From the NCBI RefSeq assembly GCF_009914755.1, contig NC_060928.1: DNA of 64,000 bases; one strand, given 5' to 3'. Shown piece after piece: positions 42,966 through 57,463 of this stretch. A model generated the notes under the pieces. That model made no database searches. It was not told the origin of the DNA and was given only the letters and a program-made list of their open reading frames with translations. Each line of letters begins with the position of its first letter. The first letter of the stretch is position 1. Origin of the DNA: the human T2T-CHM13v2.0 reference genome, Homo sapiens. The translations under genes were made by a program, and so were the position numbers.

Positions 42966-45900
42966 GAGAGGAGGGGCAGGGCAAGATGGCCAAATGGAAG
43001 GCTCTACCAATCTTCCCCATCCAGGAGTACCAGATTTAACAACTATCTACAAATAAAAAGCACCCTCATAAGAACCAAAAATCAGGTCAGCATTCACAGT
43101 ACCCGATTTTAACTTCATATCACTGAAAGAGGCACAGAAGAGGGTGGGAAAGACAGCCTTGAATTGCAAATGCCACCCCTCCACCATCCCCTGGCAGCAG
43201 TCACATGGCACAGACGGAGAATCTGTGGGTTGGGAGAGGGAGACTGCAGCAATTGTGAGACTTTGCATTAAACTCACTGTTGCCCTGTCACAGCAGAAAG
43301 CAACACCTGGCTGAACTTGTCGACACCTGCCTGTGAAGGGAACATTTACACAAGACCATCCCAGCAATTGAAACTTGAGTTCTGGCAAGCATCACCAACT
43401 CAGGCTAAAGTATTTTGGGATGCTACACAAACTTGGAAGGCAGTCTAGGCCACAAGGAATGCAGCTGTTAGGTGAGTCCTAGTTCTGAGCTAGCCTCAGA
43501 GCCAGCGGACTTGGGGGGCAGGTGATCTAATAGGACACCAGCCAGGTGGCTAAGGGATTACTTGTGTCACCCCTCCCCCAACCTTAGGCTGCACAGCTTG
43601 TGGCTCCAAAGGAGATCCCTTTCTTCTGCTTGAGGGGAGAGGAGAGAGAAAAGAGGACTTTGTCTTGCATCTTGGATATCAGCTCAGCCACAGCAGGATA
43701 GGGTACCAGTCAGAGTCGTGAGGCCCCCTTTCTAGACGCTAGATCCTAGACAACATTGTTAGACACACCCATTTTTAGACGCCAGAAGAGAACCCACTGC
43801 CTTGGATGGAAGGCCCCAGTGCTGGCAGAAGCCATTGCCTGCAGACTAAATAATCCTTTGGCCCTGAATAACCAGCAGTATATCCAGATAGTATATCGTG
43901 GACCTTGGGTGAGACTCTGACACTTGCTGGCTTCAAATTAGACTCAGTACCTTCCTAGCTAAGGAGGCTATAGGGAGACTCCTTCTGCTTGAGAAAGGCA
44001 GAGGGAAAAGCAAAGGGAACTCTGTCTTTCACCTTAGGTACCAGCTCAGCCATAGGAGGGCAGAGCACCAACCAGGCACTTGGGGTATGCAATCCTAGGA
44101 CTTGGCTCTTGAATAACATTTTTCAACCTGCACCCCACTGCCCTGAAGGGTGAGTCCCAAGCCATGCAGCATTCACTACAAGCTGACTGAAGAGCCCTTA
44201 GGCCTTAGGGAACATGGGCAGTAGTCCAGCAATACTTCCCACGGACCTGTGGTAGATGGCCACAGGGTGAATCTGCTCTGCCTGTGGAAAGGGGAGGAAA
44301 GAGTGAGAAGGACTGCGTCTTGTGATTTGAGTGCCAGATCAGCTGCAGTACAATCAAATGCCATGTAGATTTCTAAGGTTTTTGACTCTAGTCCTTGGCT
44401 CCCAGACGGCATGTCTTGTCCCACCTGGGGCCTGGGGGAACTTGCTGCCCTGAAAAGAAGGGCACAAGCCTGGCTAGCTTCACCACCTGTTGATTGTAGA
44501 GACCCAGGGCCTTGAGCAAACATAGGCAGTAGCCAGACAGATATTATAGCAGACCTTGGGCAAGACCCATTGCTGTGCTGGCTTGAGGTATGACCCAGTG
44601 CAGTCCCAGTGGTGATGGCCATAGGGGTGCTTATGTCACCTCACCCCGAGATCCAGGTGGCTTAGCACAGAAAAAGATTCCATTTGTTTGGGAGAAAATA
44701 GGGGAAGAGAACAAGAGTCTTTGCCTGGTAATCCTGAGAATTTCTCCTGATCTTCACCAACACCATCAAAGTGGCCCCAGATTTCAGAAAAATTGAAAGG
44801 CTTTCTTCTATGAGTCTACAAAAACCCTAGTGTTACTGGGCTTGGGGTGTCCCCTAATGCATACACAGCTTAAATAGAAACACTCAAGTTCTTCTGAGTG
44901 CCTGGAAAGTGTTCCCAAGAAGGACAAGGACAAACAAGCCTAGATTGAGAAGGCAACAATAAATACCTTAAGTGCCCAGACATCGACAAATATTCACAAG
45001 CCTTCAGATCATCCAGGAAAACATGGCCTTAACAAATGAACTAAATAAGGCACTAGGGACCAATCCTGGGCAAAAAGAGATACATGACTTTCAGAAAGAG
45101 ACTTCAGAATAGCTCTTTGAAGCAACTCAAAGAAATTCAAGATAACTCAGAGAAGGAATTCAGAATCCTATCAGATAAATTTAACAAATATGTAGAAATA
45201 ATTCAATAGAACCAATAAAAATTTCTGGAGTTAGAAAATGCAGTTGACATACTGAAGAATATATCAGTGTCTCTTAATAGCAGAATTGATCAAGCAAAAA
45301 GTTGTGGGTTTTGAAGATAAACAAAATTGACAAACTTTTAGCCAGACTAAGAAAAAAAAAATAGACCCCCCCAAAATAAAATAGAACATGAAAAAGAAGA
45401 CGTTACAACACATAGTGTAGAAATTCACTAGATCATTAGTGGCCACTAGGAGTAACCACATGTTAACAAATTGGAAAATCTAGAAGAAATTGATAAATTC
45501 CTAGACGCATATAATGCACCAAGATTGAACTATGAAGAAATTAAAAACCTGAAAAGATCAATGACAAGTAACAAGACTGAAGCCATAATAAAACCTCTCC
45601 TAGCAAAGAAAAGCCTAGGACCTGATGGCTTCACTGCTGAATTATGCCAAACATTTAAAAAAGAACTAATACGAATCCTACTCAAATTATTCCAAAAAGT
45701 ACAGGAGGAGGGAACATTTCCAAACTCATTCTGTCAGGCAAATATTATGCTGATACCAAAACCACATAAAGATACACCAACAAGCAAATCTATAGGCCAA
45801 TATCACTGAGGAATATTGTTGCAAAAAATGCTCAACAAAATACTAGCAAACCAAATTCAACAACACATACAAGAGATCATTCATCTTGACCAATTGGGAT

Positions 45901-48333
45901 TTATCCCAAGGATGTAAGAATGGTTCAACATATGCAAATCAATTAATGTGAAACATCTTATCAACAGAATAAATAACAAAAACCATATTAGCATTTTAAT
46001 TGATGCTGAAAAGGCATTTCATAAAATTCAACATCCCTTCATAATAAAACACTCAAGAAACTGGATATAAGATGAACATACCTCAACGTAAATAAAGCCA
46101 GTATCCTACTGAATGGGGAAAAACTGAAAGCCTTTCTTCTAATATCTGGAACATGACAAGGATGCCCACTTTTACCACTGTTATTCAACATAGTACTGGA
46201 AATCCTAGCTAGATAAATCTGACAAGAGAAAGAAATAAACGGCATCCAAATTGGAAAGCAGTAAGTCAAATTATCTTTGTTTGCAGATTATATGATGTTA
46301 TATTTGGAAAACACTAAAAACTCCATCAAAAAACTGTTAGAACTGATAAATTCAGTAAACTTGCAAGATCACCAACATTTCTATATGGCTAACAACAAAC
46401 ACACTGAAAAAGAATTCAAGAAAGTAATTCCATTTACAAGAGTACAAATAAAATAAAGCATCTAGGAATCCACCAAAAAAGAAAGATATCTACAATAAAA
46501 AGCTATAAAATATTGATGCAAGAAATCAAAGAGAACACTAATAATGGAAAGATATTCTAGATAATAGGTTGGAAGAATGCATATTATTAAAATATCCATA
46601 CTAACCAAAGCAAGCTACAGATTTATTGCTATCCATATCAAAATACCAGAGACATTCTTCATAGAAATAGAAAAAAAAATGTAAAACTTATGTAGAACCA
46701 CAGAAGACCCAGAATACCCAAAGCTATCTTATAGCAAAACTGGAGGAATACATTATTTGACTTCAAATTACACTGCAGAGAAATAGTAACAAAATGGTAT
46801 AATGCTGGCATAAAAACAGATATATGGACCAGTAGAACAAATTAGAAACCCAGAAATAAATTCATGCTTCCACAGTGAACTCACTTTTGACAAAGGTGCT
46901 AAGAACACACTTTGGGGAAAGGACAGTCTCTTCAATAAATGGTGCTGGGAAAACTGGCTATCTATATGCAGAAGAATGACATTAGACCTCTATATCTCAC
47001 CACATACAAAAATCAAGTCAAAATGGATTACAGACTTAAATCTAAGTCCTCAAACTATGAAACTATTAAGAGAAAACATTGAAGAAACTCTCCTGGACAT
47101 TGGACTGGGCAAAAATTTCTTGAGTAACACCTCATAAACATAGGCATCCAAAGCAAAAATGGACAAAAGCAATTACATCAAGTTAAATAGCTTCTGCGCA
47201 GCACAAGATACAATCAATGAAGTAAGAGACAACCTACTGAATAGAAGAAAATATTTGCAAACTACCCATCTGACAAGGGAGTAATAACTAGAATACATAA
47301 GGAGTTCAAACAACTCTATGGGGAAGAATCTAATAATCCATTTTAAAAATGAGCCAAAGATATGAATAGAAATTTCTCAAAAGAAGACATACAAACTGAA
47401 AACAGGTATAAGAAAAGGTGTTCAATGTAGCTGATCATCAGAAAAATGCAAATCAAGACTACAATGTGATATCATCTCACTCCAGTTAAAATGGCTGTTA
47501 TTCAAAAGTCAGGCAATAACAAATGCTGGTGAGGATGTGGAGAAAAGGGAACTCTAATGCACTTTCGGTGGAAATGTAAATTAGTACAGCCACTATGAAG
47601 AACAGTTTAGAGTTTCCTCAAATAACTAAAAACAGAGCTACCATACAATCCAGCAATCCCACTCCTAGGTATATACCCAAAAGAAAGGAAATTAGTATAT
47701 CGAATACATATCCACACTTCTATATGTGTTGCAGCACTGTTCACAATAGCCAAGATCTGGAACAATCTAAGTGTCCATTAGCAGATGATTGGATAAAGAA
47801 AATATGGTACATGTATACAAGGAGTACCATTCAGCCATAGGAAAGAATGAGATCTTATCATTTGCAACAACATGGATGGAAATGGAGTTCATTATGTTAA
47901 GTAAAATAAGTCATGCGCAGAAAGACACAATTCACATGTTCTCACTTACTTGTGGGAGCTAAAAATTAAAACAATTGAATGTATGGAGATACAGAGTAGA
48001 AGAATGGTTACCAGAGGCTGGGAAGTGTAGTGGAATGTCAGGGAAATTTGGCAATAGTTAATGGATACAAAAAATAGAATGAATAAGACCTAGTATTTGC
48101 TAGCACAACTGGGTGACTCTAGTCAAAAATAATCTAATTATACATTTAAAAATAACTAAAAGATTATAATTGAATTGTTTGTAATACCAAGGATAAATGC
48201 TTGAGGTACTGGACACCCCATTTACCCTGATGTGATTATTACACTTTGCATGGCTGTATCAAAATATCTTATATAATCCATAAATATATGCACCTACTAT
48301 GTACTCAAAAAAATCAGAAATTAAGAATTAAGA
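42966..48333 (+). mobile_element. L1MA1-3-like element with both termini and a large internal deletion
   Basis: 5' end GGGGCAGGGCAAGATGGCC, ~2-kb 5'UTR, ORF1 start, ORF2 remnants (KKSLGPDGFTAE), L1MA-type 3'UTR; degenerate TSD AAAAGGATCCAT/AGAAGAATCCAT. Confidence 0.88.
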
Positions 48334-50164
48334 AAGAAGAATCCATGATAATTCCATTTGGTTTATGGCATAACAATTATAATTTTCTTAAGTATGTTGG
48401 AGTAGCTATTCCAAATCTGGTAATAAGAAATTTTCTCTTAATTCCTCAAATGTAACTGTCTCTTATAATAAAGACAGAAGAGTTTTTTTTAGACACTTAA
48501 CCAAAACTCATTGTTATAAAGGAGAGAATGTGAGCAAAGATCAAAGAACTGACTTCTAAATTCAAATTGATAATTTAGTTTTTTCTAAACATAGGACCAA
48601 CTCAAATGAGAATTGTCATTGTTAATCTCTTAATCTCTCATCATTTAAACACTTCTAAATGTGCTTTGGCCAACAATATTTTATGTTGACTTTGTTTCTA
48701 AAAGTGAAAGTTAGAATAAAAGCCACTTGTCTTCTTTAGTTTTTTTATTCATCCATTTATTTGTTTACTTAACAGAAATAAAATTTTAGTTGTCTACATA
48801 CCCAAAAATAAGCTCAGTGTTGAGCAACATATAGAAATTTGAGAATAGCTGGATGTCCAATCTATTCAGAACTGTAGTATGAAAATGAGAAGGAATCATA
48901 ACTCACAAAAAATTTTCTAAGCACTTAATGTTGACTATAGTGATTAAAGTTTGCATACTTAGAATGGAGAGATATATTGTGTCTTAAGATAAGTAAGAAA
49001 CTTAGCTTGATTTGTGCATTCAACTATACAAGGTGTTAATGCCGAGAAAAAATCAAGACTGTCGGATTTTATTTTTTCACACTCTCCATCACACCAACTT
49101 GGGTTGCCCTTCCGCCCCGGGAAAATGAAAAATCTGATAGACATAAAATAAGAAATAAATAGTGGGTTCCTGTTCACCAATGAAGATAGAAAGTTTTCAG
49201 TATTATAAATAGAAATTATAGTGTTAGTCCTGAGGTAAGATGGGGGATAAACAAATTTTTTAAAGACCAAGAAGTAAAAGGATTGCAATTTTTCCATTAG
49301 TGTGAGAAATGAAAGTTTGTAGAAAAAGCTAGAAGGGCTAATATTTTGAAAGAAAATTGAATTCAGGAGCAAGAGCATCAGAGGGCCAACATAGAAGTAA
49401 CAGCTTTCTTCAAGGTAGAGCTTTGCACACACTGTGTCTTTAGCTCTGAGTTTATGTATTCCTCGCTACAGACAGTATGTAAAATATATTGTTGCTATAT
49501 ATGCATGGAAAAAAAGCCTGTTCATTCACTTTGGCTTATCAAAATAGGATTAGGAAATGTTCTACTTAACAATGCATATGATCCAAAACAGACCCCTTTT
49601 ACATAATTCAGTATCTATCCTAAAGAGCCAGACTTCACTCTCCTACCCTAGACTTATGATTAGCATGAGAGTTTAAAGCAAGGTTCAAAAGACCAGGATA
49701 TAAGGATATTCATCAAACTGAAATGTGTCCCATTATATTCTATGCTTAATACTCATGGCTATCAGATATTTCATCACTACGACATGCTTGATAAAAAATT
49801 TTGCTGGCTGATACTATGCATGTTTCAGAGAGCTGATAAATTTTCTAAACCTATTTATAAGGTTGACACAAGGACCCCTGGACTTTCACATTATAAATAG
49901 CTCTCTAAATAATTCTGTTTCACAAGAAATTTTAAAAGCCTACTCTACCATCATGAGAGATAAATCACTTGGAATTTTTGAAATATTAACAGACTCTAGA
50001 AACTGTTAACCTTAAATCACCAACTGGTAGTAAATAAAAGTCTGAACTTTCTTCTAAACCCTCAATATTTGAGGTTCATAAAATCCAGTTGAGTACAATT
50101 AATATTTTCAACTTCTAGACATGAAACTTGCTTCAAGTTTATAGAAAATAAGATGTATTTATTA

Positions 50165-50430
50165 ATGCTATGTTTTACCGCCTAGATTCTCCTCTTAGGA
50201 CCTTGCCCTAGGACCTGGGAGTATTGGCTATTAAAGGCTCACAACTGAATCCTTTTTCAGGAACTACCTTCAGAGGCCAAATGAAGCTGCACCAACCAAT
50301 GTTACATCCTTTCTCAGAGGAGGCACCCATCTAATAAAGTAATCTATCCCAGCTCCACAGCTCCCAAGGCACTAGATGAGGCCCCTGTTGTAACTACACT
50401 GACGTTTAACTTCTCCCTATGCCCAACCGT
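50165..50430 (+). mobile_element. LTR16A-like ERVL LTR fragment
   Basis: GGCTCACAACTG..CCAGCTCCACAGCTCCC..GAGGCCCCTGTTG..AACTTCTCCCTATGCCCAA. Confidence 0.55.
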
Positions 50431-50659
50431 GTTTGTTTTTCTTTTTTGAACTTCCTCGCTGGCGTTGATTATACTGGCATTATTGAATAAAATTTCTGCA
50501 TGTATATCTGTCTCAAAAAGGGACCATTCTAAATAAACTATATACTTGAATATATTCAAAGATAAAGCTAAAAGTTTGTGACCACACATAGTCTGATACC
50601 AGCTCTGTCTTTTCCCTTAACTAAGTCTGTGAGAAGAAAATTTTAACATAAATAAATAA

Positions 50660-50850
50660 AATTTATCATTGGTTTACTATGTGCTAGACGCTATTTTGAA
50701 ATTTAACATAAAAAATTCTTTAAATCTCATAACACTATGATATATATGAGATTATTTTCTCCATTTTGTATATAAAAGAACTTGAGATACAGAGATACTA
50801 AGTGCATTGTTTACTACCACATAACTCATAAATGATGATACTTATTTAAT
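50660..50850 (-). mobile_element. MIR fragment
   Basis: TACTATGTGCTAGAC..AATCTCATAACACTATGA..CTCCATTTTGTATATAAAAGAACTTGAG. Confidence 0.55.
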
Positions 50851-51027
50851 GGGTAAAGAAAACAGTGTAATTGATCTGCTTTCTATTTCCCTAGGCTTTA
50901 TCTTATTTAAATGAGGATAATTGAATATTAGGCCAAATTATAAAATTCCATGTTAAATTACACAGAGCAGGTGCTCAACAAATGTTTATGTAAGTGAGTA
51001 AATGAATGAATAAATGGATGACAAAAT

Positions 51028-51759
51028 GTCCTCTCTTCCTACTGCTATTCAACATCAGACTACGAAGTCCCACCTAATGGAATAAGACCAAAAAAAAAAA
51101 AAAAAAAAAGCAAGAAAAAAAATGAAGGATCTATCAAATAGAAAGGAAGGAATTAAATTACTTGGTTGCAGATGATATGATTGTCTATGTAGAAAATTTC
51201 AAAAAATTGACCAAACAAAATCCTATAATTAATAAGAGAGTACAGCAAGGTATTAGAATTCATGGTTAATATACACATTTCAATTGGTTTTCTATATATC
51301 CACCAAGAACAATTAAGAATTTGAATTTTTAAAAATAATGTTATTTACAAGGCACGCCCAAAATTGAAATACTTAGGCGAATGCCTAACAAAATATGTAT
51401 AGGTTCTATGTATAGAAAATGACAAAAATCTGATGAAAGATATCAAAGAAATTTTAAGTAAATGAAGACAGATTCTGTGTTCATGAATTGGAAAACTCAA
51501 TATTGTTATCAATTCTCCCCAATTTAGTTTATAGACTCAACATAATCCCAATTAAAATCTCAGCAAGCTGTTTTATATGTATTGACAAATCAATTGTAAA
51601 GTAAAAGCAAAAGACCCACAATATTCAACACAACACTGAAAAAAAACAAAACTAGAATACTGACACTACTTGACTTTAAGACTTAATATAAAGCTAAAGT
51701 AACCAAGAGAGCATGGTATTGGCAAAAGAGTAGATGTATAGATCAATAGAATGGACTAG

Positions 51760-51797
<38 letters not shown>

Positions 51798-51870
51798 CTG
51801 TTACAGATATAGTCAACTGCTCTTTGACAAAAAAGCAAAGGCAATCCAATGGTCAAAGAATAATCTTTCC
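51028..51870 (+). mobile_element. L1MC-like ORF2 fragment (left part of host element)
   Basis: CTATTCAACATC..GCAGATGATATGATTGTCTATGTAGAAAAT..CTTTGACAAAAAAGCAAAGGCAATCCAATGG. Confidence 0.75.
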
Positions 51871-54770
51871 TTTTTTAAATTAATTTTAACTTTCATTTTA
51901 AGTTCTGGGATACACGTGGAAGATGTTCAGGTTTGTGATATAGGTAAACACGTGCCATGGTGGTTTGCTGCACCTATCAACCCATCACTTAGGTATTAAG
52001 CCTAGCATACATTACTATTTTTCCTAATGCTCTCCTGTCTCTGACACCACACTCCCCAACAGGCCCAGTGTGTGCTGTTTCCCTCCCTTTGTTCATGTAT
52101 TCTAATTGTTCAGCTCCCACTTATAAGTGAGAACATGTGGTGTTTGGTTTTCTGTTTCTGCACTAGTTTGCTGAGGATAATAACCAGCTAGCATCATGAT
52201 GACAGGATCAAATTCATACATAACAATATTAACCTTAAATGTAAATAGGCTAAATGATCCCATTAAAAGACACAAAATGGCAAACTGGATAAAGAGCCAA
52301 GATCCATCAGTGTGCTATATTCAAGAGACCCATCTCACATGCAAAGACACACATAGACTCAAAATAAAGGGGTGGAGGAAAATTTATCAAGCAAATGAAA
52401 AGTTAAAAAAAAAAGCAGAGGTTGCAATCCTAGTTTCTGACAAAACAGACTTTAAACAAACAAAGATAAAGGACAAAGAGGGCATTACATAATGGTAAAG
52501 GGGTCAATGCAACAAGAAGACCTAACTATCCTAAATATATATGTACCCAATACAGGAGCGCCCAGACTCATAAAACAGTTCTTAGAAACCTACAAAGAGA
52601 CTTGTAGGTTTTTTTATTGTGTAGGCTCTCACACAATAATAGTGGGAGACTCTAACACCCCACTGTCAATATCAGACAGATCATCAGGACAGAAAATTAA
52701 CAAAGATATTCAGGACCTGAACTCAGCTCTGGATTAAGTAGACCTGATAGGTATTTACAGGACTCTCCACCTCAAAACAACAGAATATACATTCTTCTCA
52801 GTGCCACATGGCACTTATTCTAAACTTAATCACATAATTGGGAGTAAATCACTCCTCAGCAAATGCAAAGGAACTGAAATAATAACAAACAGTCTCTCAG
52901 ACCACAGCACAATCAAATTAGAACCTAAGATTAAGAAATGCACTCAAAACTACACAACTACATGGAAATTGAACAAGCTGCTCCTAAATGACTATGGGGT
53001 AAATAATGAACCTAAGGCAGAAATAATTGAGAAGTTCTTAGAAACCAATGAGAGCAAAGAAAAAATGCACCAGAATCTCTGGGATGCAGCTAAAGCAGTG
53101 TTAAGAGAGAATTTATAGCATGAAATGCCCATATCAAAAAGCTAAAGAGATCTCAAATTGACATCCTAACATCACAACTAAAAGGACTAGAGAACCAAGA
53201 GAAAACAAGCCCAAAGCTAGCAGAAGACAAGAAATAACCAAGATCAGAGTGCAATTGAAGAAAATAGAGACATGAAAAAATGCTTCAAAAATTAATGAAT
53301 CCAGGAGCTGTTTTTCTGAAAAAAATAATAAAATAGATGAACTGCTAGCCAGGCTAAAAAAGAAGAAAAGAAAGAAGAATCAAATAGACACAATAAAATA
53401 TGATAAAGGGGATATCACTACTGATCCCACAGAAATACGAACAACCATCAGAGAATACTATAAACACCTCTATGCAAATAAACTAGAAGATCTAGAAGAA
53501 ATGGATAGATTCCTGGACACATACACCCTCCTAAGACTGAACCAGGAAGAAGCTGAATCCTTGAAAAGACTAATAACAAGTTCTGAAATTGAGGCAAAAA
53601 TAAATAGCCTACCAACCAAAAAAAGTCCAGGACCAGACTGATTTACAGCTGAATACTACCATAAATATAAAGAGGAGTTGATATCCTTTCTTCTGAAATT
53701 ATTCCAAACAGTTGAAAAGGAGGGACTCCTCCCTAACTCATTCTATGTGGCCAGCATCATTCTGATACCATAACCTGTCAGAGATACAATAAAAAAAGAA
53801 AACTTCAGGCCAATATCCCTGATGAACATTGATGCCAAAATTTTCAATAAAATACTGGCAAAACAAATGCAGCAGCACATTAAAAAGCTTATGCACCACA
53901 ATCAAGTTGGTTTCAGCCCCGAGATGCAAGAATGGTTTAACATACACAAATCAATAAACGTAATTCACCACATAAACAGATCTAAAGACAAAAACCATGT
54001 GATTATCTCAATAGACACAGAAAAAGCCTTCAATAAAATTCAACATCCTTTCATGTTAAAAACTCTCAATAAACTAGGTATTGAAGGAACCTACCCTAAA
54101 ATAATAGGAGCTATTTATGAAAAATCCACTGCCAATATCATACTGAATGGGCAAAAGCTGAAAATATTCCCATTGAAAACCAGCACAAGACAAGGATGCC
54201 CTCTCTCACCACTCCTATTCAACAAATTACTGGAAGTTCTGGACAGGACAATCAGGCAAGAGAAAGAAATAAAGAGTATTAAGTAGGAAGAGAGGAAGTC
54301 AAACGGTCTCTGTTTGCAGGTGACATGATCCTTTATCTAGAAAACCCCATCATTTCAGCCCAAAAACTTTTTAAGCTGACAGGAAACTTCAGCAAAATCT
54401 GAGGATACAAAACCAATGCACAAAAGTCACAAGCATTCCTATACACCAACAACAGGAAAGCAGAGAGCCAAAGCATGAATGAACTCCCATTCACAATCGC
54501 TACAAAGAGAATAAAATACCTAGGCATACAGCTAACAAGTGAAGTGAAGGACCTCTTCAAGGAGAACTAGAAACCACTGCTCAAGGAAATCAGACAGGAC
54601 ACAAACAAATGGAAAAATGTTCTGTGCTCATGGATAAGAAGAATCTATATTGTGAAAATGGCCATACTGCCCCAAATCATTTATAGATTCAATGCTATTT
54701 CCATTAAACTACCATTGACATTCTTCTCAGATTTAGAAGAAACTATTTTAAAATTCCTATAGGGCTAAAA
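51871..54770 (-). mobile_element. L1PA8-like element with 5' inversion (3' end on - at 51871-52181; ORF2 on + at 52182-54770)
   Basis: Antisense 3'UTR abuts the sense ORF2 start MMTGSNSYITILTLNVN (endonuclease) and RT remnants with stops and frameshifts. Confidence 0.85.
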
Positions 54771-54966
54771 ATAAACCTCTCTTCTAGCTCTTTTGTAATG
54801 TACAATACCTTCCTGTTAACCATCATCAGAGCACTGTGCATTTTAACTTATTCTACCTGTCTAATTTGTACCTATTGACCAACCTCTTTCCATTCTCCCC
54901 TCATCAATTTTCTTTTAAGTCACTACCAACCACTGTTCTACTCTCTACTTCTATGATAACAACTCT

Positions 54967-55279
<313 letters not shown>

Positions 55280-56232
55280 ACAACACTTTTTATTTATTTA
55301 TTTATTTATTTATTTTCACATATGAGTGAGATCATGCGGTATTTGCATTTCCAAGTATGGCTTATTTCACTTAACATGATGTCATCCAGTTCTATTCATG
55401 TTACAAATGGCAAGATTTCATTTTTATGGCTGAACGGTATTCCACTATGTATAAATACCATGTTTTCTTTACCCATTTATCCTTTTTCAGACACTTGGGT
55501 TGATTCCATATCCTGATTATTGTAAATAGTGCTACAATAAACATGGAAGGGAGTATGGGTATCTCTTCAACATACCAATTTTATTTTCTTTGGATATATA
55601 CCAAGTAGTGGGGTTGCTGGATCACATGCTATTTCCATTTTTAATTTTTGGAGGACTATTTATACTGTTTCCCATAGGAGCTGTGCTGATTTGCAATTCC
55701 ACCAACAGTTTGCAAGCGTTACTTTTTCTCCACATCCTTGCCAAACTTGTTTATTTTGTCTTTTTCCTAATAGCCATTTAAACTGAAGTGAAGTTTCATC
55801 TCATTGTGGTTTTGATTTTCATTTATCTGATGATTAGTGATGTTGAGCATTTTGTCATATAACTGTTGGCCATTTGCGTGTCTTCTTTTGAGAAATGTTT
55901 ATTCAGGTTTTATCCATTTATAATTCAGATTATTTGCTTTTTTGTTATTGAGTTTTTTAACATCTTTATATATTTTGAATATTGTCTCCTAATCAGATGC
56001 ATAGTTTGCAAATAGATTTTCCCATTCTGTAGGTTGTCTATTTGTTAATTGTCTTCTTTGCTGTGCAAAAGTCTTTCAGTTTGATGCAATCCCATTTGTC
56101 TACTTTTGCTTTCATTGCTTGTTTTTTTGAGGTGTTATTTTAAAAATCCTTGCCCAACCCAATGTCATGGCATTTCCCCTATGTTTTCTTTTAGAAGTTT
56201 TAAAGTTTTGTGTTTTCGATATAAGTTTTTAA

Positions 56233-56590
<358 letters not shown>

Positions 56591-57463
56591 TGAGTCTATT
56601 CTCATTCTTCTGCACATGACTATTCAATTTTCCCAGGACCATTTATTGAAGAGACTGTCTTTTTCCCAATGTGTGTCTTGACATTTTTGTCAAAAATTAG
56701 TTGGCTATAGATACATAACTTTATTTCTGGGTTCTGTATTCCGTTCCACTGGTCTATGTATCTGTTCTGTTTTTATGCCAATACCATGATTTTTTAGTTA
56801 CTATAGCTTTATAGTATATTTTGAAATCAGGTAGCATAATGCCTCCAGCTTAGTTCTTTCACTCAGAATTGCTGTGGCTATCAGGATCCATATGAATTTT
56901 AGGATAGTTTTTTCTATTTCTAAGAAGAATGTCATTGGTATTTTCAAAAGTATTGCATTAAATCTGTAGATCACTTTGGGAAGCATGGTCATTTTAAGTA
57001 TATTAATTATTTTTATCCATAAACATGGAATATCTTTACATTGTGTCTTCTTCAACTTATTTCATCAATGTTTTATAGTTTTCAAGGTAGAAGTTTTTTT
57101 TTTTTTATTTGTTTGGTTAAGTTTATTCCCAGGTATCATTTTTTGTAGCTATTGTATGTGTTAACTTTCTTGATTTTTTTTTAGATAGTTCACTATTAAC
57201 ATAGAGAAATGTTACTGATTTTTGTGTGTTGATTTTGTATCCTGAAACTTTACTGAAAGGTTTTCCTCTAAGATGTCTTGTTTCATCACTCATATTCAAC
57301 ATAGTACTAGAAGTCCTAACCAGTGCAATTAGGCAAGAAAAATAAATAAAAAGCATCCAAATTGGAAAGGAGGAAGTAAAATTGTCATTGTTTAAAGACT
57401 ACATAATCATTTTATATAGCAGACCTCAAATAATTTACCAAAAACTACTAGGACTAATAAATA

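Noticed and set aside
48959-49432. 157-aa ORF on the - strand in non-repeat DNA
   Set aside because: GTG start, F/L/S/I-rich composition expected from AT-rich DNA, no domain
52196-54770. Endonuclease plus reverse transcriptase ORFs as a possible active or novel RT system
   Set aside because: Ordinary L1 ORF2 broken by several stops and frameshifts, with no promoter or ORF1
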